Positions 1 through 11,848 are shown, numbered from the stretch's first letter. The stretch is DNA of 64,000 nucleotides from Basidiobolus meristosporus CBS 931.73 (GCA_002104905.1 MCFE01000031.1:124001-188000); one strand, 5' to 3'. Numbers and translations are program-made. Notes: generated by a model from the letters alone, not told the origin.

Positions 1-352
1 GCTAATTTCTGGAGTAGAAATTGATCCCCCAGCTAATTTGGAGCACAGTGAAGCCTGCATATATGGGAAACAAGCCAGACAACTGTTCAAGAGCTCTGGG
101 TTAATCAAAACTAAGAAAAAATTAGATCTAATTCACTCAGATCTGTGTGGACCTATGCAAAACTTATCCTTAGGCGGGATGAAGTATTCAATCACATTTA
201 TTGATGATTATACAAGATACACATGGGTTTACTTCATGGAGAGAAAGGAAGAAGCTCTGTCTAAGTTCAGGGAGCTTAAAGCCATGGTGGAGAGAGAAAC
301 TGGTGAAAAAATCAAGAAAATACGCTCTGACAATGGTAGTGAATATACCCAA
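1..352 (+). mobile_element. Ty1/copia integrase fragment (copy D), truncated by window edge and by an inversion junction
   Basis: ORF 38-355 has the zinc-finger remnant EAC..GK and the rve core LDLIHSDLCGPM...FIDDYTRYTWVYF...IRSDNG. It is homologous to 4045-4400. Confidence 0.9.
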
Positions 353-2234
353 TAAGTATTCTGTTATAACTCCTATTTTTAAGGTATACAGCAGTGGCAA
401 CTGATTCTGCCCAAAAATCATAGGATAATTTTTGATCATGGATCATAGATCTTGCCATATCAATTATTGATCTGTTAGCATGTTCTGCTACTCCATTTTG
501 CTGTGGGGAGTATGGTACAGTAGTCTCTTGCTTTATCCCATGAATTTTGCAGAAGTGGATGAAGAGTTTTGGGGTATATTCTCCACCATTGTCAGAGCGT
601 ATTTTCTTGATTTTTTCACCAGTTTCTCTCTCCACCATGGCTTTAAACTCCCTGAACTTACACAGAGCTTCTTCCTTTCTCTCCATGAAGTAGACCCATG
701 TGTATCTTGTATAATCATCAATAAAAGTGATTAAATACTTCATCCCACCTAATGATAAATTTTGCATAGGTCCACACAGATCTGAGTGAATTAGATCTAA
801 TTTTTTCTTAGTTTTGATTAACCCAGAGCTCTTGAACGGTTGTCTGGCTTGTTTCCCATATATGCAGGCTTCACAATGCTCCAAATTAGCTGGGGGATCA
901 ATCATCACTCCAGAAATTAGCTGATCTTTGATCATTTTACGCAAATAATCAAAATTGATGTGTCCAAATCTCCTGTGCCAAAGCATTGGTGTCTATTCAT
1001 TTAAGTTACCTATATTGGCTTCCAGATATTATGGAATATAAGTAAAGTTGTATAGATTCTGATCTCTGATGCCCAAAGCAACATGGGCACCATTTTGATC
1101 AGTGATCCTGCATCCAGAATTGTCAAAACTGAAACTGAGTCCTTCTACTGTGGCCTTGCTTACAGAGAGTAGGTTCTTGGCTTTCTCTGGTACATAGAGT
1201 ACTTCTTTGAAAGTCAGTGTATGGCTTCCTTCACTGCTTCTTAGGTTTACTTGGAAAGTTCCTTCTCCCACTGCATCAAGTGTTCTATCATCACCCATGA
1301 AAACCTTCTTAATTGGAATTTCTTGATATTAGGTAAAAAGTTCTTTTTGGAGTGTAAAGTGTTGAGATGCTCCAGAGTCAATATACCACGTCTGAGAATC
1401 CTTGTTTGTGGTCATATTTAGTGCAGATATGAATAGTCTATCTTCAGTTGTTGCAGCATTTCCATAATCAGGCTTCTTTTACTGATTATCTTTCTTTTTG
1501 AGACACCAGTCTGATGTGTGTCCTTTCCTTTTGCAGTAGTTACAATGCAGGTTGCTGTTGCCTTTGTAGGGTATTGGGTACCTCCTTTGTTGGTTATCAT
1601 TGCTTATTAAAGCATTTTCTTCTTCCTTCTTATTGGCACTTGATTTTCTTGATTCTTCATCCAGGAGCCTTTCTTATATGTAATTTAAGGTCAAATCTTC
1701 AGTTCTGGACTCTAGGGCTGATACAAGGCCCTGAAGCTTTTCTGTCAGGCTATTCAGGATGGTAACTATCACATCCTCATCAGTAGTTGGTATGCCCACA
1801 GATTCCATCTCATCTACCAGCAGGGTAAATCTGTTAATTAGATTTTTCATTTCTTCTCCTGGCAGCATCTTTGTAGTAAAGAATTTTTGTCGCAGATACA
1901 TCTTCTTGGCAGCTGAACATGACTGGTAGGTGCCTTCTAATGCTTTCCAGGCATTCTTTGCTGTTTTTGCTCTTGAGCATTGAATTAGCAGTTTGTCCTT
2001 GACATTAAGGCAAATGCAGTTAAAGGCACTTTGTTCTTTCTTCTGGTACTTTAAGGCTTCCTCTACCATGTTTTTGGAAGGGCATGCTTCTCCCATGACA
2101 ATTTCCAAAGACCTCTTTCTTGTAGCAGCATCTTCAGCTTCACCTTCCACACTTGGTAGTTAGATCCATCCAACTTTTCAGCCAAGGGAAAATTCCAGTA
2201 ATAGCAGTAGTAGACATTGCAGAGAGTGACAGCT

Positions 2235-2248
2235 CAGGGCTCATAACC
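2235..2248 (-). other. Primer-binding site GGTTATGAGCCCTG (Ty5/copia-type, internal tRNA-iMet)
   Basis: Directly follows the LTR terminal CA on the minus strand; matches the GGTTATG(A/G)GCCC PBS of Ty5 and Drosophila copia. Confidence 0.85.
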
Positions 2249-2597
2249 TGTTGTAAGAGTTTTGGAGATATTGGAAGTGATTTGGAGAACAAGTAGATTA
2301 TTTGGTTTTCACTTAATGATTTATTGAGTGTAAAAGTAGCATTTATACTTTTACCTGGTCTTGGCATAACAAACATGTAGAACAGGTTAAGGAAGGTCCC
2401 AAGAACATGTGTGCAAAGTTTGGGGCTGTTTGAACAACTTTGAGAATTTTCATGTTCTGGGTACCTGGTATTTTGGTGAAAGTATTCTAAGTAAATCCCA
2501 ACAAGGAATTTGGTCAGTATTTTCTAGGATTTGAGGGTAATGATCTAAGTAACTAAGTTAGGTGAATATTTAGGTGGAATTACAAGTTTTTACAACA
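2249..2597 (-). repeat. 5' LTR of copy C (349 bp)
   Basis: TGTTGTA...TACAACA termini; homologous to 3475-3823 and 6710-7058. Confidence 0.93.
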
Positions 2598-3823
2598 GGG
2601 ATCATGTTCTCCATAGACAGAAATACCCAGACTATTACCCTAAGTCAATCCAAGTATATTCAAGATATACTAAAGAAGTAAAACATGGAAGACTGTAAAC
2701 TGGCAGCTACCCCAATGGAGACAAACCTTCACTTGGTCAAAACTAACCAAATCAAGAGAGCTTGGTGCCATCTGAGAGCCCTTACTTTCCTTAACAATCT
2801 ATTGTCAGCAGTCCAATGTATATCATGCTTGGAACACGTCCAGATATTTCATATTCAGTGAGAGTTGTCAGCCAACATAATCAGAACTATGGATCTGATC
2901 ATATTGCAGTAGTAAAGCAGATTTTTAGATACCTAAAAGGAACTGCTGATATCTGCTTAAGATATACTTATAAGAACTTGGAACAGGATTGTGTGGGATA
3001 CTCTGATGCTAATTGGGGATGAAATTTGGATGACAGAAGATCTACCACAGGATACACCTTTCTTTACTGTAAAGGAGCAATTTTATGGAATTCAAGAAAG
3101 CAACCAACTATAGCACTTTCTACCACAGAGGCAGAGTATATGGCAGCCTGTGAAGCTACAAAAGCAGCAATGTGGTCAAGAAAGCTTTTTACAGGTTTAG
3201 GCCTATGTCAAAAAACCCATGTTACTTTATTTCAAGATAATCAAGGATGTATACAATTAGGTAGAAATCAAACTTTTCATGCTAGAACCAAGCACATAGA
3301 TATTAGACATCATTTTATACGTGAAGCTATAGAGAATAACTTAGTTAACTTAGTTTACTGTCCTACAGATGGAATGATTGCAGACATATTCACCAAACCA
3401 CTAGGCAGAGACAAGTTTGAATATCTTACGTCAAAATTAGGATTAGTCAGTATGAACATTTAGCTGAGTGGAAGTGTTGTAAAAATTTGTATTTTCACCT
3501 AAATATTCACCTAGCTTAGTCACTTAGATCATTACCTTCATATCCTGGAGAATACTGACCAAATTCCTTGTTGGGATTTACTTAGAATATTTTCACCAAA
3601 ATACCAGGTACCCAGAACATCAAAATTCTCAAAGTTGTCCAAACAGCCCCAGACTTTGCACACATGTTCTTAGGACCTCCCTTATTCTATTCTATGTGTT
3701 TGTTATGCCAAGACCAGGTAAAAGTATAAATACCACTTTTACATTCAATAAATCATTAAGTGAAAACCACATAATCTACTTGTCCTCCCAATCACTTCCA
3801 ACATCTCCAAGACTCTTACAACA
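2598..3823 (+). mobile_element. Ty1/copia 3' end (copy B): RT C-terminus, RNase H, PPT, 3' LTR
   Basis: ORFs 2816-3022 (YIMLGTRPDISY..GYSDANW) and 3026-3463 (RRSTTGY...STTEAEY...RTKHIDIRHHFIRE..ADIFTKPL). PPT GAGTGGAAG at 3466-3474, then the LTR. Confidence 0.92.
3475..3823 (+). repeat. 3' LTR of copy B (349 bp)
   Basis: TGTTGTA...TACAACA, preceded by PPT. Confidence 0.93.
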
Positions 3824-6800
3824 ATATCAAGAAATTCTAATTATGAAGGTTTTCATGGGTGACAATAGAACGCTTGATGCAGTGGGAGAAGGATCTATCC
3901 AGGTAAAACTACAAAGCAGTAAAGGAAGCCATACACTGACCTTTAAAGAAGTACTCTATGTACCAGACATAGCCAAGCACCTACTCTCTGTAAGCAAGGC
4001 CACTGCAGAAGGGCACATCAATTTTGATTATTTGCACAAAATGATCAAACATCAGCTAATTTCTGGAGTAAAAATTGTTCCCCCAGCTAATTTGGAGCAC
4101 AGTGAAGCCTGCATATATGGGAAACAAGCCAGACAACAGTTCAAGAGCTCTGGGTTAATCAAAACTAAGAAAAAATTAGATCTAATTCATTCAGATCTGT
4201 GTGGACCTATGCAGAATTTATCCTTAGGCAGGATGAAGTATTTAATCACTTTTATTGATGATTATACAAGATAAACATGGGTCTACTTCATGGAGAGAAA
4301 GGAAGAAGCTCTGTCTAAGTTCAGGGAGTATAAAGCAATGGTGGAGAGAGAAACTGGTGAAAAAATCAAGAAAATACGCTCTGACAATGGTGGAGAATAT
4401 ACCTCAAAACTCTTCATCCACTTCTGCAAAATTCATGGTATAAAGCAAGAGACTACTGTACCATACTCCCCACAGCAATATGGAGTAGCAGAACATGCTA
4501 ACAGATCAATAATTGATATGGCAAGATCAATGATCCATGATCAAAAATTATCCTATGATTTTTGGGCAGAATCAGTTGCCACTGCTGTATACCTTAAAAA
4601 TAGGAGTTATAATAGAATACTTTGTGATTCTACTCCATTTGAAGCATGGTATGAATACAGACCAAGTGCAGAACATCTAAGAATATATGGGTGTACAGCA
4701 TATGCCAAGAAACTGCCCAGAAATTAGTCAAAATTTGAGCCAAAAAGTGTAAAATGCATATTTTTGGGCTACTGCAATGAAAGTAAAGCATACAGACTCT
4801 ACAATACCAAAGCAAAGAAGCTGATTAAGTCCAGGGATGTGTTGTTTGATGAAAATTCAAAATATTCACAACAAATGACATCAGATGATGACAAAAATCT
4901 GATCTCAAGTCCACCAATTGTCAGGATTGAATCAGAGCAAAACAATGAAAATTTTTTCACTCCAGAGGACTCTGCAACCATGGTTCAGCCAGAATCAGTG
5001 CCAAGAAATATCTCAGAAGTGACCATTCCAGTATCAAATGCCCGGAGATCCAATTGGACAAGTAATAGCCCAAATTACTATATCAATGAGGGTACATACT
5101 TAGCCTATGCCTATTCAGTCCATAATGATGAACCCCAGACTGTAAAAGAGGCCCTAAATAGCCCTCAGACAAAGTTTTGGAGATCTGCAATGACTGAGGA
5201 ATATCAGGCCCTGATGGAAAATCAAACTTGGAACTTAGTCAAATTACCAATCAACCAAAAATCAATTGGAAGCCGATGGGTCTTGAAGACAAAATACAAG
5301 GCTGATGGTACAATTGAAAGATACAAAGCAAGACTTGTGGCCAAATGATACACTCAAACAAAATGACTTGACTATACTGAGACCTTTGCACCGGTAGCCA
5401 AGTTTAATTCCATCAGATTAATATTGGATATTGCAGCCAAATATAAGTTTTTCATTCATCAAATGGATGCAAAAACTGCATTTTTGAATGAAGAACTTGA
5501 TGAGGACATGTATATGGACCAGCCTGATGGGTTTGCTGACCAAGATAACCCCCCTTTGGTCTGCAAGCTTAAAAAGTCACTATATGGTCTCACACAATCA
5601 CCAAGAGCCTGGAATTGCAAGATAGATTCTTATTTGGAATCTTCAAGTTTCAAAAGGAGTAATGCTGACTAAAGTATATACTATAAGCCATATAGAGCCA
5701 GTCCAGCTCTATTAGCTCTATATGTGGATGATCTTATTATAGCCGCCAATAACCTAGAAACATTGAAAGAAACTAAATCCAGCCTATCTATGGAGCTCAA
5801 GATGTCCAATCCAGGAGAACTCAGTTACTACTTAGGGATCAAGTTTTCCATAGACAGAAGTACCCAGACTATTACTCTAAGCCAATCCAAGTATATTCAA
5901 GATATACTCAGAAATACCAAATGGAAGACTGTAAACTGGCAGCTACCCCAATGGAGACAAACCTTAACTTGGTCAAAACTCAACCAAATCAAGAGAGCTT
6001 GGTGCCATCTGAAAGCCCTGACTTTCCTTATCAGTCTATGGTCAGCAGTCTGATGTATATCATGCTTAGAACATGTCTAGATATCTCATATTCAGTGGGA
6101 GGTGTCAGCTAACAAAATCAGAACTATGGATCTGATCATATTGCAGCAGTTAAGCAGATTTTTAGATACCTAAAAGGAACTACTGATATCTGCTTAAGAT
6201 ACACTTATAAGGATTCAGAACAGGATCTTGTGGGATACTCTGATGCTGATTGGAGACAAAATTTAGAAGACAGAAGATCCACCACAGGATACACCTTTCT
6301 CTACTGTAAAGGAGCAATTTCATGGAATTCAAGAAAGCAACCAACTGTAGCACTTTCTACCACAGAGGCAGAGTAAATGGCAGCCTGTGAAGCTACAAAA
6401 GAAGCAATGTAATCAAGAAAGCTTTTTACAGATTTAGGTCTATGTCAAAAACGCCTATCACTTATTTCAAGATAATCAAGGATGTATACAATTAGGTAGA
6501 AATCCAACTTTTCATGCTAGAGCCAAGCACATAGATATTAGACATCATTTCATACGTGAAGCTATAGAGAATAACTTAGTTAGCTTAGGTTACTGTCCTA
6601 CATATGAAATGTTTGCAAACATAATTACCAAACCATTAGCTAGAGACAAGTTTGAATATCTTGGGTCAAAATTAGGACTAGTCAGTATGAGCATTTAGCT
6701 GAGTGGGAGTGTTGTAAAAATTTGTAATTTCACCTAAATATACACCTAACCTAGTCACTTAGATTGTTACCTTCAAATCCTAGAGAATACTGACCAAATT

Positions 6801-7058
6801 CCTTGTTGGGATTTACTTGGAATAATTTCACCAAAATACCAGGTACCCAGAACATGAAAATTTGATAAGTTGTCCAAGCAGCCCCAAACTTTGCACACAT
6901 GCTCTTGGGACCTTTCTCATTCTATTTTACATGTTTGTAATGCCAAGACCATGTAAAAGTATAAATGCTACTTTTACATTCAATAAATCATCAAGTGAAA
7001 ACCACATAATCTACTTGTCCTCCCAATCACTTCCAATATCTCCAAGACTCTTACAGCA
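3824..7058 (+). mobile_element. Ty1/copia pol remainder (copy A): protease end, integrase, RT, RNase H, PPT, 3' LTR; many stops and frameshifts
   Basis: ORFs 3696-4274, 4290-4727, 4764-5348 (EPQTVKEAL...TWNLVKLP...YKARLVAK), 5424-5672 (HQMDAKTAFLN), 5724-6053 (YVDDLII). PPT GAGTGGGAG at 6701-6709. Confidence 0.92.
6710..7058 (+). repeat. 3' LTR of copy A (349 bp)
   Basis: TGTTGTA...TACAGCA; homologous to the other two LTRs. Confidence 0.92.
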
Positions 7059-8018
7059 ATACTGAGGCCTTTTAAGAGATACCAAGTTATAAGTAATTAA
7101 CATATAGGTAAGCTTAGTCCAAGTATATTCTGTCTAAATACTGGACTATGAAACCTTTTTGGCTATGATAAGGTCACTACTTGGATGAGTATGCAAAATG
7201 CACAACAGGGACCTGGATGTGGTTTGCCATTACTGCAGGAATGTGCAGCTATACAGCAATTAACTGATGTAACTAAAATTAAGTACTCGCACAGTAAAAC
7301 TAATGGCGAGCATATGTAAAGAGGTCTTCAAGATGCAATGGGTAGAATTTAGGGGCATTTGGATGAGATGGGTGAGCTCGAAATGTTTGATGAGCGATAG
7401 CTAATTTCCATAATGTAAGCAAAATCTCATGTCAATATTCTATATGCTAGTAATTTGTTGAGAAACTCATGGCATGAATAATTTTGATGCTAACCCAATG
7501 AATTGCAACAGCATATTGGCCTCTAAATTGTCATGCAGAACCATGGTTAAAAAGGCCGAGATTTTCCAAGTACCAATAAATGCGTACAAAAAAGAAATAA
7601 GTGCTTATGCTGTGAGTCACAGTCTCACCAGCTTATTGCATCAAATGATGTGTGACAAATGCCTTCGAAACTTGGGACTAATTCGTAAAGGCAGAAAGGG
7701 GCATCGCGGGGCTAGGCTAGCTTCATAAAGTTCAATATGATGTGTTGTGAGAGGCGAAATAAAAAGTTTGGGGTGCGTTGGCAAGCACCTTAAAGATTCA
7801 AACAAGCCATCAGACTTCCCACGGATTTACTAAAAACCACAAACGGAGGAGAAATCGGAATCAATACTAAATAAGGGCAGCACGCGGACCGTAAAAGGAG
7901 AAAACTCGAAAAAATGGAACCTAAGACCAGTATATTTATTGCATGGAGAAAGTATTATCAAGAGCTCAAAGTCACACAGTGCATTTAAATTACAAGATGG
8001 AGTAACATGAATAGTTGC

Positions 8019-8642
8019 TTATTCTCTACCACGAACATACTGAGCGACAATACTGGTGAAGTATTCTCCTTGGTGAACAGCTACCTCCAATTCCTTGGCT
8101 GAGGGCATTCTGGAGCCATCTCCGTTGGCAATGGTCCCGGCACCATAAGCACTTCCACCAATCACCTCGCTGTTGTCAGTCAGGTGTGGTGAGGTGAAGC
8201 CCAATGGCACGTAGATGATCCCATGGTGGGTAAGGGTGGTGAGGGAGGTCAAGGCTGTGGTCTCTTGGCCACCGTGTTGGGATGCGGTGGAGAAGAAGAA
8301 GGTGGCCATCTTCTTGGCGTACGCACCGCGAGCCCAGAAGGCGCCAGTAGCATCCCAGAATGCTCTCCATTGGCCTGGCATGGCTCCGTATCTGGTGGGT
8401 ATACCGAAGATGAGGCCATCAGCTTCCTCCATGAGCTCTGGTGTGATCACTGGAATGTCGGGCTTGGGTGGAGCATGCATCTTGTCAAGAATCTCCTGCG
8501 ACAGGGTCTCGGGCACCTGGAAGATTGACACCTCCACATTGTCGACCTTCTCAACACCCTCCTTGATGGCAAGGGCGAGTTTGTAGATGTGATGGTAGAC
8601 GGTGTGGATGATGATGAAGATCTTTGTCTTTTGGGAAGCCAT
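8019..8642 (-). CDS. Flavodoxin-like NAD(P)H:quinone oxidoreductase (WrbA/Pst2 family), copy 1, 207 aa, intronless
   Basis: GIPTRYGAMPGQWRAFWDATG, TASQHGGQETT, GGSAYGAGTIA motifs. ATG at 8642 lies downstream of TATA (ctatataaag). Confidence 0.92.
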   Translation of the reverse strand: MASQKTKIFIIIHTVYHHIYKLALAIKEGVEKVDNVEVSIFQVPETLSQEILDKMHAPPKPDIPVITPELMEEADGLIFGIPTRYGAMPGQWRAFWDATGAFWARGAYAKKMATFFFSTASQHGGQETTALTSLTTLTHHGIIYVPLGFTSPHLTDNSEVIGGSAYGAGTIANGDGSRMPSAKELEVAVHQGEYFTSIVAQYVRGRE

Positions 8643-8776
8643 GATGCAGAGTGATGGTTGAGAGAGTAGTAGTGAGAGATGCGCCACTTGGTTGATAGTG
8701 TTTGGTGATGCTTCTTGACATACTTTATATAGGCAATCCGAGTTTGAGCGCTCAACCATCGGACTATTTGCCACTC

Positions 8777-8783
8777 TTACTAA
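8777..8783 (+). promoter_or_regulatory. Yap1/Pap1-type response element TTACTAA upstream of copy 1
   Basis: Exact YRE ~135 bp upstream of ATG, in a block conserved among copies. Confidence 0.6.
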
Positions 8784-9310
8784 GCTGCGATTAATCATAC
8801 ACGAGGTGGTCGGATATACCCCTAAATGGGGAAAGTATTTTACTTGACTACATTTATTTTCATCATCTCATGGTCACTGTTGTTTTGTGACTACATAGCC
8901 TGAATGTCGGCGGCATATGTTATGGTTGTATTTCTTTACTTGGGAGAATCAAACGCCGAATATGCGCTATATAATCCAAAGCTTGAGTCCCAATCCTTCA
9001 GAGTGTATGGTTACTCTACGAAGCAAAGCTAATGGAAAATGCCTACATGAGATCTCGGATAAATTTCCAAAAGTAGTGTTTAGAGTCCTATCAGGGAAAA
9101 ACACCCAATCCGAATTCCCGAAACTATTGTTCTGTAACGTAGATACAATTTGCACTCAAGTAAGCTCAAACTCTATGCTTTCCAAATGATCACGTTTGAT
9201 TGCGTTTACATTGATAATATTCATTTCAACTAGATAGTTCTATTGATTTTTATTCATTACGATACAATTACCAATACGTTTATGTACTAACAAGTTTTGG
9301 GAGGAGTGGA

Positions 9311-9935
9311 TTATTCTCTACCACGGACGTACTGGGCAACAATACTGGTGAAGTACTCTCCCTGGTGAACAGCTACCTCCAATTCCTTGGCTGACGGCAT
9401 TCTGGAGCCATCTCCATTGGCAATGGTCCCGGCACCATAAGCACTTCCACCAATCACCTCGCTGTTGTCACTCAGGTGTGGTGAGGTGAAGCCCAATGGC
9501 ACGTAGATGATCCCATGGTGGGTAAGGGTGGTGAGGGAGGTCAAGGCTGTGGTCTCTTGGCCACCGTGTTGGGATGCGGTGGAGAAGAAGAAGGTGGCCA
9601 TCTTCTTGGCGTAGGCACCGCGAGCCCAGAAGGCACCAGTAGCATCCCAGAATGCTCTCCATTGGCCTGGCATGGCTCCGTATCTGGTGGGTATACCGAA
9701 GATGAGGCCATCAGCCTCCTCCATGAGCTCTGGTGTGATCACTGGAATGTCGGGCTTGGGTGGAGCATGCATCTTGTCAAGAATCTCCTGCGACAGGGTC
9801 TCGGGCACCTGGAAGATTGACACCTCCACATTGTCGACCTTCTCAACACCCTCCTTGATGGCAAGGGCGAGTTTGTAGATGTGATGGTAGACGGTGTGGA
9901 TGATGATGAAGATCTTTGTCTTTTGAGCAAGCCAT
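9311..9935 (-). pseudogene. Quinone oxidoreductase copy 2 with a +1 insertion just after the start codon
   Basis: ATGGCTTGCTCAAAAG versus ATGGCTGCTCAAAAG in copy 4; span is 625 bp instead of 624; remainder intact. Confidence 0.75.
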
Positions 9936-10073
9936 GATGCAGAGTGGTGATTGAGAGAGTAATGGTAGTGAGAGTTGGGCTGCTTGTTTGATAGTATTCG
10001 GTAGTGCTTCTTGGTGTGCTTTATATAGCATAATCTGAATTTGAGTGCTTATACATCGGAGTATTTACCACTT

Positions 10074-10117
10074 TTACTAAGCTAGGGATTAATCATGAGT
10101 ATTGCCACTCTTACTAA
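10074..10117 (+). promoter_or_regulatory. Two TTACTAA elements (37-bp tandem duplication) upstream of copy 2
   Basis: TTACTAA at 10074-10080 and 10111-10117 within a duplicated gagtatt..ccact.ttactaagc..ggattaat unit. Confidence 0.6.
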
Positions 10118-10501
10118 GCCGGGATTAATTATATATAATGTGGTCGGATATACCCCTAGATGGAGAAAGAGATTATAGAAAAGAATTTTACTCGGCCCTG
10201 CTACCTGGCTCCGTATTGATCTACTCATATTTTCATCTTCTCACGACTACTGTCGTTTTTATAGCCACATGACCTAAATACCAGTAGCACCCGCTTAGGA
10301 AATGTACGGAGAGTACTAATCAATGCAACCCCTTAATATGCGTTATATAACTAATAAATCCCTCAGAGCAAGCCTACTTTATCAAGTGTTTACCATTGAT
10401 GTAAATAATGCACCTTTCAGCTCTATAATTTTATTGACTTGTATTCAATTCGACGAAATTACCAGAAAACTTATGTACTAACAGACTTTATCGCCTGTGA
10501 A

Positions 10502-11125
10502 TTATTCTCTACCACGGACGTACTGGGCAACAATACTGGTGAAGTACTCTCCCTGGTGAACAGCTACCTCCAATTCCTTGGCTGACGGCATTCTGGAGCC
10601 ATCTCCGTTGGCAATGGTCCCGGCACCATAAGCACTTCCACCAATCACCTCGCTGTTGTCAGTCAGGTGTGGTGAGGTGAAGCCCAATGGCACGTAGATG
10701 ATCCCATGGTGGGTAAGGGTGGTGAGGGAGGTCAAGGCTGTGGTCTCTTGGCCACCGTGTTGGGATGCGGTGGAGAAGAAGAAGGTGGCCATCTTCTTGG
10801 CGTAGGCACCACGAGCCCAGTAGGAGCCAGTAGCATCCCAGAATGCTCTCCATTGGCCTGGCATGGCTCCGTATCTGGTGGGTATACCGAAGATGAGGCC
10901 ATCAGCTTCCTCCATGAGCTCTGGTGTGATCACTGGAATGTCGGGCTTGGGTGGAGCATGCATCTTGTCAAGAATCTCCTGCGACAGGGTCTCGGGCACC
11001 TGGAAGATTGACACCTCCACATTGTCGACCTTCTCAACACCCTCCTTGATGGCAAGGGCGAGTTTGTAGATGTGATGGTAGACGGTGTGGATGATGATGA
11101 AGATCTTGGTCTTTTGCGATGCCAT
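10502..11125 (-). CDS. Quinone oxidoreductase copy 3, 207 aa
   Basis: MASQKTKIFII...RGRE; 624-bp ORF; upstream region differs from the other copies. Confidence 0.92.
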   Translation of the reverse strand: MASQKTKIFIIIHTVYHHIYKLALAIKEGVEKVDNVEVSIFQVPETLSQEILDKMHAPPKPDIPVITPELMEEADGLIFGIPTRYGAMPGQWRAFWDATGSYWARGAYAKKMATFFFSTASQHGGQETTALTSLTTLTHHGIIYVPLGFTSPHLTDNSEVIGGSAYGAGTIANGDGSRMPSAKELEVAVHQGEYFTSIVAQYVRGRE

Positions 11126-11703
11126 ATCGAGAAATGAACAGAAAACTTGGAGTAACAAGAGTGATTGCAGTTGGTCAAACCTTTCAGTATGTATTATATA
11201 TTATAACCAGACGCCCCCTTTCGGATAATAGTGCCATATTTGGACGGCATCATAATTCATGGCTAAGTCGGCTGATCTTCTGGATGGGCTATTAGTCACA
11301 TATCAATGTATGAATTCATCTAATCTTTCAAATATTGGTGATGGTGTTATCAGTGGCTAAAATGGTCCAAGCCTGGCTTCTTAGGCGGAATGTTGATTCC
11401 TAAAAATTGACTGTTGGCCTACAGTTACTGACCCTTCACAGGTTATTACATAACAACCTCCGTTCCGCCCAATATAGCACCTAATATTGATAGGGACTTC
11501 GGGTCTGTTTTAATGTCAACATCAAAAAAATTGAATTTTCAGTCAATGGTACCCCAGCAGTATCTGTCTAGATAATACCCAAATGATTTTATCATGTGAT
11601 TGAAGGAGATTACGAGTTCGTAATATAGAGAGTGAAGAATCCAAATAATCGGAAATATCCCTCTATTTAGCTGCATATCCGATCAGCATGATTAATCTCT
11701 AGC

Positions 11704-11710
11704 TTAGTAA
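11704..11710 (-). promoter_or_regulatory. TTACTAA element upstream of copy 4
   Basis: TTAGTAA on + strand at the homologous position; TATA ctatataaag at ~11756. Confidence 0.6.
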
Positions 11711-11848
11711 AAGAGGTAAATACTCCGATATATGAGGACTCGAGCCCGAACGGGACTATATAAAGCATATCAAGAAGCATCACCAAACACTATCAAACGA
11801 GTGACTCAACTCTAACTACTACTGCTCTCTCAATCACCACTCTGCATC

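Larger units (their letters stand above)
353..2597 (-). mobile_element. Ty1/copia 5' half (copy C): 5' LTR, PBS, gag, zinc knuckle, protease, integrase; frameshifted
   Basis: Gag starts at ATG 2217 with (A)EKLDGSNYQVWKVKLKMLL in a shifted frame. Also present: UBN2-like ORF 1674-2150, CNYCKRKGHTSDWC knuckle, protease WYIDSGASQH (~1370-1400), and integrase ORF 312-986 (LWHRRFGH...C..C, DDE core). Confidence 0.92.

Noticed and set aside
7115-7148. Hairpin TAGTCC-AGTAT..ATACT-GGACTA
   Set aside because: No Helitron CTAG end or other context; could be chance
8600-8625. FMN loop IHTVYHHI lacks the usual Gly of YYSMYGH
   Set aside because: Shared by all four copies and, as I recall, common in early-diverging fungal orthologs; not evidence of novelty
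8643-8798. 52-aa N-terminal extension of copy 1 in the ORF track
   Set aside because: It runs through the TATA and YRE promoter; paralogs start at the MAS/MAA ATG
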